DNA of 64,000 nt from IMG/VR virus record IMGVR_UViG_3300027851_000011; one strand, 5' to 3'. The stretch is from a virus. Taxonomy: Duplodnaviria; Heunggongvirae; Uroviricota; Caudoviricetes. Shown here piece after piece: positions 1-8,057 of the stretch. Below the pieces are notes generated by a model. That model saw nothing but the letters and a program-made list of their open reading frames with translations, did no database searches and was not told the DNA's origin. Numbering within the stretch: the stretch's first letter is position 1; the number at the start of each line of letters is the position of its first letter. The position numbers and the translations under genes were made by a program.

Positions 1-116
1 GTGGCCGTGATAGCGACGACTTCGACGTCTCCGTGATCGCCAAGCGCTTCGGCGGCGGCGGCCACAAGAAGGCAGCGGGCTTCTCTCTCCCGCTGAGTGC
101 AGCTGTCGAGATCTGA
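1..116 (+). CDS. 3' end of an upstream gene: DHH/DHHA1 phosphoesterase-like C-terminus (RecJ/NrnA family)
   Basis: Frame 3 reads ...DFDVSVIAKRFGGGGHKKAAGFSLPLSAAVEI then stop TGA 114-116. GGGHxxAAG resembles the DHHA1 signature. Confidence 0.4.
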   Translation, partial: GRDSDDFDVSVIAKRFGGGGHKKAAGFSLPLSAAVEI

Positions 117-140
117 AGCGAGCGTCAACAACAGAGATTG

Positions 141-169
141 TTGACAGCTAACACTTCTCGACCACACTG
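141..169 (+). promoter_or_regulatory. Candidate sigma70-like promoter: perfect -35 TTGACA with a weak -10, overlapping a CAACAA/TTGTTG inverted repeat
   Basis: TTGACA at 141-146 and a weak hexamer (ACACTG/CACACT) about 17 nt downstream. Lies in intergenic DNA upstream of the small basic ORF. Confidence 0.2.
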
Positions 170-203
170 ACCGACGAAAACGAGATCGAAAGGATCTCTG
201 ACC

Positions 204-296
204 ATGCCCAAGACCAAGACCGCCAAGGTGAAGTCCACCAAGGCCCCCACCACCGCCAAGGCGAAGGCCAAGGCCACCAAGCGCACCGCGCGCTGA
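204..296 (+). CDS. Small lysine/alanine/threonine-rich basic peptide (30 aa), histone-H1-like
   Basis: ATG 204 preceded by GAAAGGA. Translates MPKTKTAKVKSTKAPTTAKAKAKATKRTAR and stops TGA 294-296. Below the ORF track length cutoff. Confidence 0.35.
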   Translation: MPKTKTAKVKSTKAPTTAKAKAKATKRTAR

Positions 297-315
297 AAAC
301 GAGAAGGAACACACC

Positions 316-741
316 ATGCCCCGTGGCATCCCGAACAAGAAGCGTGCCGGCAAGGCCGCCAAGGTCTCCCCCGCCATCAAGGCCAAGGCCACCATCAAGG
401 CCCTGCGCGCCAAGCTGAAGGAGACCAAGGTCGACTTCCGCGTGACCGCCAAGGCGTCCCGCAGCGTCATGAAGCTGGCGAAGCGCGAGCAGCGCGCCGT
501 GGTCAAGGGCCTGAAGGCCGAGATCCGCGCCCAGGCGAAGGCCCTGAAGAAGGCCCTGCGCATCATCGCCCGCGCCCAGAAGGCCGCCGTCAAGGCTGCC
601 GACACCCTCGGCACCCCGGTCGTCGCGAAGGCCAAGGGCCGCGTCGCCAAGGTGAAGAAGGCCCGCGTCGCCAAGACCAAGTCGCCTCGCGTCGCCCGCA
701 AGGGCGCTGCGAAGCGCCGGGGGTCTCTTCACGCCGCCTGA
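316..741 (+). CDS. Histone H1-like / AlgP-like lysine- and alanine-rich DNA-binding protein
   Basis: 141 aa ORF with KAKA/AKKA low-complexity basic repeats and an RBS GAAGGAA upstream. Stop at 739-741 directly follows a G5 run. Confidence 0.65.
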   Translation: MPRGIPNKKRAGKAAKVSPAIKAKATIKALRAKLKETKVDFRVTAKASRSVMKLAKREQRAVVKGLKAEIRAQAKALKKALRIIARAQKAAVKAADTLGTPVVAKAKGRVAKVKKARVAKTKSPRVARKGAAKRRGSLHAA

Positions 742-990
742 CGCCAACCCCGTCGCGGTCGCTCTCCTGAGCGGCAAGAAGCCGCGCGTGGCTCGCGTCG
801 CCAAGGTTGTCGCGCCCGCCGCGCCGGCCTCCACCGACGTGATCCCGTCCACTGGCGCCGATGCGCCGCTGGCCAAGGCTCCGGCACCGGCTCCCGCCGC
901 GCCGGCCCCTGCGGCTCCCGCTGCCCCGGCTGCCGAGCCGGCAGCTGCCGCTGCCGTCTGACATCGCAACAGCCTGAAGCTGTTCGTAGC

Positions 991-1026
991 GCCCCGAGGC
1001 AGGTCTCCTGCCTCGGGGTTCTTCGT
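991..1026 (+). terminator. Rho-independent terminator hairpin with U-tract
   Basis: CCCCGAGGCAGG-tct-CCTGCCTCGGGG followed by TTCTTCGTT. Confidence 0.6.
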
Positions 1027-1027
1027 T

Positions 1028-1501
1028 ATGCCAAGCGGACAACACCGAAACTCCAGAGCAGCGGCGGCAACGATCAACTTCTCCCAACGGGAGCAGCAGA
1101 TCATCACGCAGCTACGGACAACAAACAGGCCGATGACGGATCGCGAACTCGCGGACACCATCGGGCTATTCGAACGGAACGGCGCCTCGCCGTGCATCAC
1201 AGACCTAATCCACTCGGGTGTGCTGTACGAGTTCGATGATGTCGTCTGTCCGACAACGAAAGCAGTCGTTCGACGCGTGTGGCTCCGACCCCAGCCCTGG
1301 ATAGCCAGGAAAGTCGTGACTGTGACGATCAAGCTCGTCGGCGGGACTTTAGATCTGTCTAAGATCCACGACAGCGCAGTCGAGTTTTCACGTGCCATCC
1401 ACACAGACGCCAGCGATACGGATCTAACAACGTCGATCCGATACCAAGACGGAAAAGAGTCGACCCGCGAAGAAGTGCTTCGACTACGTCCAACCAGATA
1501 G
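1028..1501 (+). CDS. Hypothetical protein with probable winged-helix DNA-binding region
   Basis: 157 aa ORF. REQQIITQLRTTNRPMTDRELADTIGL...ITDLIHSGVL resembles a MarR/wHTH helix-turn-helix. Confidence 0.4.
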   Translation: MPSGQHRNSRAAAATINFSQREQQIITQLRTTNRPMTDRELADTIGLFERNGASPCITDLIHSGVLYEFDDVVCPTTKAVVRRVWLRPQPWIARKVVTVTIKLVGGTLDLSKIHDSAVEFSRAIHTDASDTDLTTSIRYQDGKESTREEVLRLRPTR

Positions 1502-1507
1502 GAACCC

Positions 1508-2101
1508 ATGCACCTCACCAAGCTCACCGACCACGCTCACCGTGTGCACGCCTTCATGCTGCGCGCGAAGCAAACCACCCCGACTATGCCCACGCTGCCG
1601 GATGAGAAGACGCGCCTGCTGCGCGCCAAGCTCATCATGGAAGAAGCGCTGGAGACCATCGAAGCTCTCGGCGTCACCGTCGTCACGGATCAGACCGTCG
1701 ACGAAATGAAGCTCGTCTACGACATCGCGGCCGACGTCAGTCAGTCGAAGACCGAAGACGAACAGACGACCAAACTGCTCGCCTGGGTTCGCAAGCTCGC
1801 CCCGATGAAGGCCATCGACCGGAAGAAGCTCCAGTTCGCGCCCACCCACGCGCCGGATCTCATCGGCATCGTCGATGGCTGCGCCGACGTCTCCGTCGTC
1901 ACCATCGGCACGCTGCTTGCCTGCGGCGTCGAAGACAAGCCGATCCTCGAACTCGTCGACACCAACAACCTCGCCAAGTTCGGCCCCGGCCACAGCTACC
2001 GCGAAGACGGAAAGCTGATCAAGCCGCCCGGCCACCGGCCGCCAGACATCACCAAAGCCCTGATCCTTCAGGGACTCCCGCCGGTTCCGCAGCCGGCCTA
2101 G
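1508..2101 (+). CDS. Hypothetical protein, possibly all-alpha NTP pyrophosphohydrolase (MazG/HisE-like) fold
   Basis: 197 aa. RAKLIMEEALETIEALG resembles the EExxE metal-binding helix of MazG-type enzymes. Weak call. Confidence 0.35.
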   Translation: MHLTKLTDHAHRVHAFMLRAKQTTPTMPTLPDEKTRLLRAKLIMEEALETIEALGVTVVTDQTVDEMKLVYDIAADVSQSKTEDEQTTKLLAWVRKLAPMKAIDRKKLQFAPTHAPDLIGIVDGCADVSVVTIGTLLACGVEDKPILELVDTNNLAKFGPGHSYREDGKLIKPPGHRPPDITKALILQGLPPVPQPA

Positions 2102-2148
2102 CCTGCCCGGTCAACTGCTGTACCCTGAAGCAGTGACTGGAGGCAACC

Positions 2149-2592
2149 ATGAACAAGCCCGAGATCAGCACACGGCGTCTGTCCAAGCGCGTCCCCAAGG
2201 GGATGCGGGTATCGCTGTGCAGCGTCAAAGACCGCCTCGTCGAGCGCGTTGAACATCACGCGCTCGACTTCGAGGTTGAAGTGAACGCTCGGAAGTTCCA
2301 ACTGCACGTCGCGTTCTTCGATGTCGACAAGCCGGCCCTGCGAGCCGAGCACGACCGAAGCGCCGTTCTCAACATGTCGTTCACCGGGAAACTGACGCCG
2401 ACGCCGGAAGAATACGATGCTATCAAGCTCTTTGTAGCACGGCATCTCAAGCTGGCGCAGGCTGTGAAGGTCTACGACCCACACCCACACAACGAAAACG
2501 AAAACACGGAAGCATGCTCAGCCCTAAAGCCCAGGAAGGTCTTCAGCGACTCATCATCGCTCAAGTCCAAGAATCCATCGGAGACGCAGTAA
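2149..2592 (+). CDS. Hypothetical protein
   Basis: 147 aa ORF with an RBS-like GGAGG upstream, in the same orientation as its neighbours. Confidence 0.4.
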   Translation: MNKPEISTRRLSKRVPKGMRVSLCSVKDRLVERVEHHALDFEVEVNARKFQLHVAFFDVDKPALRAEHDRSAVLNMSFTGKLTPTPEEYDAIKLFVARHLKLAQAVKVYDPHPHNENENTEACSALKPRKVFSDSSSLKSKNPSETQ

Positions 2593-2597
2593 AGACG

Positions 2598-3335
2598 ATG
2601 TCCGTCAGCGCTGCGACCCAAGTACCCGTCACGCTCGACTCGCTCATCGACAAGCGCGTTCAGCATCATCTCAAGAGCGACTTCGGACGCGACGCTCTCG
2701 TCGACGCCGTCGAGGGGGCCGTCAACGACAGCCTCGACCAGAAGCTCGACGCAGCGCTCGACGAGAAGCTCGGCTCGGTTGTCGAAGAGAAGTGCGAAGA
2801 TCTCGTCGATGAAAAGATCGACAACATCGTCGAGAAAAAGCTCGATGACGTCGTCGCCGAGAAGATCGACGCCTCGGTCGACAACCGGCTGGAGAAGATC
2901 GTCGAGCAGCAGGTCGAACGCCAGATCGGCGACGAAGTCAGCTCGCGCATCGACAAGTGCGTCGAGGACGCTGTCGAGAACCATGACTTCGGCCAGCTCA
3001 TCAAGGACCAGTTCGACGTCGAAGGCATGATCGAAGAAGAGGTCCGTAGCCACAAGACGACCGAGATCATCCAGCAGTCTGTCGGCGAGCAGATCGAGCG
3101 CGCGACGCAGCGCGGCGTCATCAAGGACGCCATCGACGAAGAGCTGTCCCTCAAGATGCGGGACGTCTCTGAGACTGCGGCGGCGCTCGCCATCCGCATG
3201 GCTGCCGAAGCCCGCATCCAGTCGATCGGCCAGGACGAACTCAAGGCCATCGTCAGCAGCAACGTCACCACACAGATCACCGACGCCATCAACAGCGTCC
3301 TCGAAGCGCCAACCGCGCAGGAGAAGCCCAAGTGA
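2598..3335 (+). CDS. 11-residue tandem-repeat protein (amphipathic-helix repeats, LEA/apolipoprotein-like periodicity)
   Basis: The ORF track gives 2514..3335 with the first non-overlapping ATG at 2598. DNA shows a 33-bp period around 2690-2990. Protein repeats resemble DxxLDxKLDxxVxEK and VDEKIDNIVEKKLDDVVAEKIDASVDNRLEKIVEQQ. Confidence 0.55.
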   Translation: MSVSAATQVPVTLDSLIDKRVQHHLKSDFGRDALVDAVEGAVNDSLDQKLDAALDEKLGSVVEEKCEDLVDEKIDNIVEKKLDDVVAEKIDASVDNRLEKIVEQQVERQIGDEVSSRIDKCVEDAVENHDFGQLIKDQFDVEGMIEEEVRSHKTTEIIQQSVGEQIERATQRGVIKDAIDEELSLKMRDVSETAAALAIRMAAEARIQSIGQDELKAIVSSNVTTQITDAINSVLEAPTAQEKPK

Positions 3336-3517
3336 AGATCAGCTCCCTCATCTCCAAGCTCAAGCAGCTGGAGACCATCGCCCCGAACGCCGAGGTCGCT
3401 GTCGTCAGCGGCGAAGACGCCTTCGAGCTGAAGAACCTGAAGCTGGAGGCCGTCGTCGGCACCGAGGACGACTCGGTCACCACGATGGTCAGCATCAACG
3501 TCACCAAGGTGGCCTGA
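3332..3517 (+). CDS. Hypothetical small protein
   Basis: 61 aa ORF overlapping its neighbours by start/stop (GTGA and ATGA junctions). Confidence 0.4.
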   Translation: MKISSLISKLKQLETIAPNAEVAVVSGEDAFELKNLKLEAVVGTEDDSVTTMVSINVTKVA

Positions 3518-3999
3518 TGTCTTCTGAAGTCGCCCAACCGTCGGTCGGTGACTTCATCGTCAACCTGTTGAAGGAGAAGCAGCCGCGACTCACTGGAGAG
3601 GTCCAGGTCGCGGTTGCTGAAGCCTTCAAGAAGATGACGCCAGCGAAGACCAACAAAGAGCTTCAGCAACTCTTCGAGACCGGCGTGATCGTGAAGCGGC
3701 GCACCAAGGAACAGGATCAGGCAACCGGGAAATACTCGGACGTCTGGCACTTCCCAGGCGCCGACGACACTGTCACCTACGTTCAAGAAATCCAAGAACT
3801 CATCGACTCGAAGTGTCAGGAAACCGCCGTCGTCATCGGCACCCGGTTCCAGATGCTTCTCGCTGATCGCATCCGCAAGAGCGGTGCGCCCGACGACCTC
3901 ATCAACAAGATTCGCCCAACCCACCAGGAGCTGGTCGTTCTGATTCGCCGTTGCGTCGACGACGCTATCGCCAAGAACGAATGGCCCTGGAGCATGTGA
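3517..3999 (+). CDS. Hypothetical protein
   Basis: 160 aa ORF, tightly packed in the operon. Confidence 0.45.
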   Translation: MSSEVAQPSVGDFIVNLLKEKQPRLTGEVQVAVAEAFKKMTPAKTNKELQQLFETGVIVKRRTKEQDQATGKYSDVWHFPGADDTVTYVQEIQELIDSKCQETAVVIGTRFQMLLADRIRKSGAPDDLINKIRPTHQELVVLIRRCVDDAIAKNEWPWSM

Positions 4000-4005
4000 G
4001 AACAA

Positions 4006-4632
4006 ATGCGCACAACGATCTTCTTCGTGCTCGGGCCGACTAACGTCGGCAAGAGCACGCTTCTCGAACACGCAGCCAAGATCCCCAACGTCGGAGTCGT
4101 CGAAGTCGGCAAGATGATGCGGGCAAAGTACCTCGACCCCAAGTCGCCGCACTATGCCCCCGACCACTTCAAGGGACAGGCTGCCCCCACGCACACGGCC
4201 AACGAAGCGTGGCGCATGATGGAGGACGGCATCGAGAGCGCGATGCTGCACGGCTCAACCACGATCTTCGTGGACGGCCAGCCTCGTGACATCCAGCAGT
4301 GCGACGACATCTACACACACTTCGAGGCTCTGGCCGACAAGTTCAACGTGTGGTACGTCAATCTGTTCGCTCAGCTTGAAACTCGGAAGGCTCGCGCACA
4401 AGCACGCGACACGGATCCCGCCAAGCTCGACCTCTCGCTCCGCCGTATGGAAGGCGACTGCGTCAAGCTCTACGAGATCCTGGCACGCCTCCTGGCCCGG
4501 AACAGCAAGATCATCACGCTCGTGACTGATCACGGCTCGTTCACCCCATCTGACGCGGCAAAGCAGCTCGTCAGCAACGCCGGGCGTACGCGCACGGCAT
4601 ACATCGGGAACTACACGAACCAGGAAGTCTGA
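4006..4632 (+). CDS. P-loop nucleoside monophosphate kinase (adenylate-kinase-like), putative dNMP kinase
   Basis: Walker A GPTNVGKST at the N-terminus. VDGQPRD resembles the adenylate kinase xDGFPR motif. Confidence 0.6.
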   Translation: MRTTIFFVLGPTNVGKSTLLEHAAKIPNVGVVEVGKMMRAKYLDPKSPHYAPDHFKGQAAPTHTANEAWRMMEDGIESAMLHGSTTIFVDGQPRDIQQCDDIYTHFEALADKFNVWYVNLFAQLETRKARAQARDTDPAKLDLSLRRMEGDCVKLYEILARLLARNSKIITLVTDHGSFTPSDAAKQLVSNAGRTRTAYIGNYTNQEV

Positions 4633-4640
4633 AGGACCAC

Positions 4641-4874
4641 ATGCACATCGTCGACCAGATCAACCACATGGACATCGAGGCTGCCAGGAAAGTTCGTGTT
4701 CCTGACGGCCAGTACAAGGGGCGCACCGTAGCCGATGTCGGTCGCTCCAAGGCAGGACGCGAGTACCTGCACAATGCGCGCCAGTTGTATCCGGTCATGG
4801 AGAACGCGGACCCGACCAATCCGTCACAGGTCTTCGCGCTCGCCATCCGTGCGTATCTCGTGAAGACTGAGTAA
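4641..4874 (+). CDS. Hypothetical small protein
   Basis: 77 aa ORF. Confidence 0.4.
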   Translation: MHIVDQINHMDIEAARKVRVPDGQYKGRTVADVGRSKAGREYLHNARQLYPVMENADPTNPSQVFALAIRAYLVKTE

Positions 4875-4875
4875 C

Positions 4876-5502
4876 ATGAAAACTATCGAAGCGATGGCCC
4901 CTGAGTTCGAAGCTCAGGTGGCCACGAACTGGGATTGGCAGAAGGTCCACGCGACCTGCATGTCCAATGCCCAGAACGACCCGTCGCGTGTGGAGAACGG
5001 TGAAGCCGAGGGGCTCTGCTACCTCGGCTCGATCCTGAACATCTCCCCAAGCGGCAAGGTCTACACGCCTTGGGCCAACAGCAATGTGCGCGGCTGCCCG
5101 GCCTGCGTGGATGGGCATATGCCCTATCCACGTCGAGCCCGGCACCTGCGCAAGAAGCAGTTCAAGCGCCTCAAGCGCCGCGAAGCCCAGCTGTTCGATG
5201 ATGCCTCAAAACAGTTCGGTCTCTACATGGACTGGACGCCGCATCAACAGCGGAAGATCAAGGCAATCCGCAGCCGACTCAGCACGCTGGTGGAAACCAT
5301 GCACTGCGTCTACTGCAACGGCACAGGTAGCCGTGAAGCTGCGCTGGACGAAGTCTGGCGTGAAGCTCTCGAAGCCGAAGCCGCCAAGCACGGCCTCTTC
5401 ATCACTGGAAGCGACGGCGATGGCTGCGACGTGTGCGCAGCGATCGTGATCGACGTCCCGGAAGAAGAGGAAGAAAACCTCGAAACCACTTTACAGGAAT
5501 GA
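4876..5502 (+). CDS. Cysteine-rich hypothetical protein (CxxC pairs, one CxxCxGxG DnaJ-like zinc-finger motif)
   Basis: 208 aa. Contains CPACVDGH, CVYCNGTG and CDVCAA, with an acidic C-terminus. Confidence 0.45.
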   Translation: MKTIEAMAPEFEAQVATNWDWQKVHATCMSNAQNDPSRVENGEAEGLCYLGSILNISPSGKVYTPWANSNVRGCPACVDGHMPYPRRARHLRKKQFKRLKRREAQLFDDASKQFGLYMDWTPHQQRKIKAIRSRLSTLVETMHCVYCNGTGSREAALDEVWREALEAEAAKHGLFITGSDGDGCDVCAAIVIDVPEEEEENLETTLQE

Positions 5503-6203
5503 CCATGTCGCACGCTACCGTACTCGTTCTCACCCCACAGAAACCCGATGATGTCGACGATCTGCTCAGCGTCGCCATGGAGCCGTACAACGAAGACAAG
5601 GAAGTCGCGCCGTACACAGAGAAGTGCTTCTGTGTCGGTCGCATCGCTTCAAACGAGGCACACGCTGCTGAGAAGCCGGTGTTCGAGCTTCAGCGTGCCG
5701 CATACCACGCCAAGTACCCGGATGTCCGGCCATTCGAACAGTCGAAGGAGCAGCGTCGCGACTGGAAGAAAATCTGCGACGAGAGCGATGCACGGCAGCG
5801 CGAAGCCGAGAAGGCACACCCGCTGTTCGACAAGGTCGATCCGACATGCGAGGACTGCAAGGGAAGCGGGACGGTCATCTCGACCAGCAACCCGAAGTCC
5901 AAGTGGGACTGGTACTCGGTCGGTGGTCGCTGGGACAAGATGCTCCCCGGAGAGCGTAATGAGGCGCCGCTGTCTGAGATCATCGAATGGATCAAGACCG
6001 CAGTGGACGAAGAAGGCAAGCCGGACGCACGGACCTTCGCCCTCATGACGAGTGGTGAATGGCACGAGCGTGGACAGCTCGGCTGGTTTGGGTGCGTCTC
6101 GAACGAGAGCGACGACTGGGACACTAAGTACATCGCGCTCTGTGTCGACTACTTGGCTAAGAACCCGAACGCCTACGCCATCGTCGTCGACTACCACATC
6201 TGA
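5499..6203 (+). CDS. Hypothetical protein
   Basis: ORF track gives 5433..6203. The first ATG clear of the upstream gene gives MTMSHATVLVL..., with 4-nt ATGA-type overlap. Confidence 0.45.
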   Translation: MTMSHATVLVLTPQKPDDVDDLLSVAMEPYNEDKEVAPYTEKCFCVGRIASNEAHAAEKPVFELQRAAYHAKYPDVRPFEQSKEQRRDWKKICDESDARQREAEKAHPLFDKVDPTCEDCKGSGTVISTSNPKSKWDWYSVGGRWDKMLPGERNEAPLSEIIEWIKTAVDEEGKPDARTFALMTSGEWHERGQLGWFGCVSNESDDWDTKYIALCVDYLAKNPNAYAIVVDYHI

Positions 6204-6211
6204 AAAACAAC

Positions 6212-6239
6212 GGAGCCGGCAGCGATCGCTGCCGGCTCC
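6212..6239. terminator. Perfect 14-bp-stem palindrome between convergent genes; A-run on + side gives a U-tract for the minus-strand transcript
   Basis: GGAGCCGGCAGCGA/TCGCTGCCGGCTCC, preceded by AAAAACAA (reads TTGTTTTT on the minus strand). Confidence 0.5.
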
Positions 6240-6254
6240 GGTGTCAGACGCACG

Positions 6255-6611
6255 CTATTCCTTTACGTCGGGCGGCTGCTCTGGATACCGTTTCTTCAGC
6301 TCATCATCCGGGGCCAGTGTGCCTTCGAGTCGGTACTCGGCCCAAGCTACTTCGGCTTCCTTGCGGGTCATCGTTCCCCGTGCCACGTTGCGCTCGATGC
6401 AGATCTTGGCGTGCTCGCGTACACCAAGGTACAGCTTCAGCCCGAACGTCGCGGCCTTCACGTAGTTTGCCTCCCAGGTAGCCGCTGTCTTGTCATCCGG
6501 CAGCATGACCGGAATCTCAGGCATCGGAACCATCGGCAGGCGCTCGTAGACCATGCGGTTCTCGCAGCATCCGCTGAGCAGGATGGCGAGCAGGAGCACG
6601 AGGTATTTCAT
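6255..6611 (-). CDS. Outer-membrane lipoprotein, o-spanin (Rz1-like) candidate
   Basis: MKYLVLLLAILLSGCC has a lipobox LSGC with a proline-rich mature part. Its start overlaps the upstream i-spanin-like gene by ATGA. Confidence 0.55.
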   Translation of the reverse strand: MKYLVLLLAILLSGCCENRMVYERLPMVPMPEIPVMLPDDKTAATWEANYVKAATFGLKLYLGVREHAKICIERNVARGTMTRKEAEVAWAEYRLEGTLAPDDELKKRYPEQPPDVKE

Positions 6612-6982
6612 CGGTGTCCTTTCGTGGGAGCCCAGTGCGGGGCAGCTTGCTGCTGTTGCTGCTGGACGCCTTGCTGTTGCTGTTGCTGGATCTGCTGGTG
6701 CTGCTTCGACCGGATCTCGGTCAGCTGCTCGATCACCTCTGGATCCTTGGCCTTGGCCAGTTCGGTCTCGACGCCTTCAATGACGTCAGGACGCGTGAGC
6801 GTCTCGCCGTCCGCAGTCGAGAGATCCTGGAGCGACATGCCATCGGAGCCGATGGCGATGTTGTCGCTGATCAGGATCTTCAGGCTGATCGCCGTCAGCA
6901 CGAACAGGAGCCCGACCGAGATGATGATCCAGGCAGCCGCCGGCATCTTGGCGAGGTTCAGGTTGATGCCGGGGATCTTCAC
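6608..6982 (-). CDS. i-spanin (Rz-like) candidate: N-terminal TMD, periplasmic coiled coil, C-terminal poly-Q
   Basis: The hydrophobic segment AAAWIIISVGLLFVLTAISL is followed by a charged helical region and QQQQQQGVQQQQQQ. Confidence 0.5.
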   Translation of the reverse strand: MKIPGINLNLAKMPAAAWIIISVGLLFVLTAISLKILISDNIAIGSDGMSLQDLSTADGETLTRPDVIEGVETELAKAKDPEVIEQLTEIRSKQHQQIQQQQQQGVQQQQQQAAPHWAPTKGHR

Positions 6983-7215
6983 TTGGTCACCGCGTTCCAG
7001 GCAGCGGGCGACGACACGTCGTGCCCGAGGCGCATGGCCTCGTGAATGCGACGCTGAGCTTCAGCGTCCTCAGCGATCGAGCGCATCTTCGCTTCGAGCG
7101 CCTTCGTCTCTGCCTTCACGGCATTGCGCTCCTTGACGCCATCGACGGTCTTGCCGACGAGCAGCTCCAGGAGCGACTTCACGATGGGTCCGAAGAGGGT
7201 CAGCAGGAACGTCAT
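6979..7215 (-). CDS. Small membrane protein, possible holin/antiholin (single N-terminal TMD)
   Basis: 78 aa. MTFLLTLFGPIVKSLLELLV is hydrophobic and is followed by a charged amphipathic tail. Position in the lysis module supports the call. Confidence 0.3.
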   Translation of the reverse strand: MTFLLTLFGPIVKSLLELLVGKTVDGVKERNAVKAETKALEAKMRSIAEDAEAQRRIHEAMRLGHDVSSPAAWNAVTK

Positions 7216-7218
7216 GGC

Positions 7219-8046
7219 TTACCCCGCCTTCGCGCTGAGCTTCGACTGGATCTCGGCCTCGGCCTGCTTCTCCAGGTACTCCGTGAACTTCTTCGCACCA
7301 ACGTTCAGGCCGTACTTCACGGCCATCTCAGCGCCGCCCTCGACCAGGGCCTTGGCAGTCGGGTACTTCTGGAACGGGCTCATCTCGTCGACAGCGCTGC
7401 GGATCCAGCTCATGATCTGGTCCTCGCCGACCTCTTTGATGAGGTCGATGTCCTGGCCCTTGAAGTACACCACCACGTCGTTCAGCAGCATGGTTCCGAG
7501 CCCCTTCAGGCGCTCCTTCACGGTCGTGATGTCCTTCACCTGACCACGAGCGATGGCCTCACACAGCTCAGGCAGGTACTTCTGGTTGTAGTTCTCGACG
7601 CACCGCCAGACATATGTCTTCGCACGCGCAACAAGCCGCTGCTTGGCGTCGATGCCGGCAACCTCGGCCTCGGCCTCGGCCTTGGTGATCTGCGCACTGG
7701 TGTAGTCGTTGATCTTCTTGCGCAGCCAGACAGCCGCGAGGCCCGCCAGCATGACGATGATCTCGGTCCACCACGTCTTGGGCGCCTCTTGTGTCGTGCC
7801 AGCTACAGGCGAGGCCGGTTGTGTGGGGTGGACAGCCGGTTCACTAGAGACAACGGCCGGAGCCGCTGCCACCGGAGCCGGCGCCGCAGGCGCTGCGACC
7901 ACAGGAGCCGGCGCTGCCGGCACGGTGAAGGGATTGGCCTCGGCCGCGAACGCGGCACACGCCAGGAACAGCAGGAAGACGTACCGCATGGGATCTCCAG
8001 GGTTGGGTTGTCCCCTGAATGGTCCCCTAACACTCACGAAAAGCAA
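7219..8046 (-). CDS. Exported/membrane protein of lysis module (signal peptide, Pro/Ala-rich linker, TMD, 170-aa C-terminal domain)
   Basis: Signal-peptide-like MRYVFLLFLACAAFAAEA, then PAPVVAAPAAPAP and a TMD WWTEIIVMLAGLAAVWL. The overlapping + strand ORFs are low-complexity shadows. Confidence 0.4.
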   Translation of the reverse strand: MLFVSVRGPFRGQPNPGDPMRYVFLLFLACAAFAAEANPFTVPAAPAPVVAAPAAPAPVAAAPAVVSSEPAVHPTQPASPVAGTTQEAPKTWWTEIIVMLAGLAAVWLRKKINDYTSAQITKAEAEAEVAGIDAKQRLVARAKTYVWRCVENYNQKYLPELCEAIARGQVKDITTVKERLKGLGTMLLNDVVVYFKGQDIDLIKEVGEDQIMSWIRSAVDEMSPFQKYPTAKALVEGGAEMAVKYGLNVGAKKFTEYLEKQAEAEIQSKLSAKAG

Positions 8047-8057
8047 GGAAACGCTTC

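Noticed and set aside
148-1527. 459-aa minus-strand ORF spanning the histone-like genes
   Set aside because: Low-complexity Ala/Gly/Arg-rich translation antisense to well-formed + strand genes. It is the kind of shadow ORF expected in 60-65% GC DNA.
5548-6048. 166-aa Arg/Ser-rich + ORF
   Set aside because: Alternative frame inside the 5499-6203 gene; low complexity.
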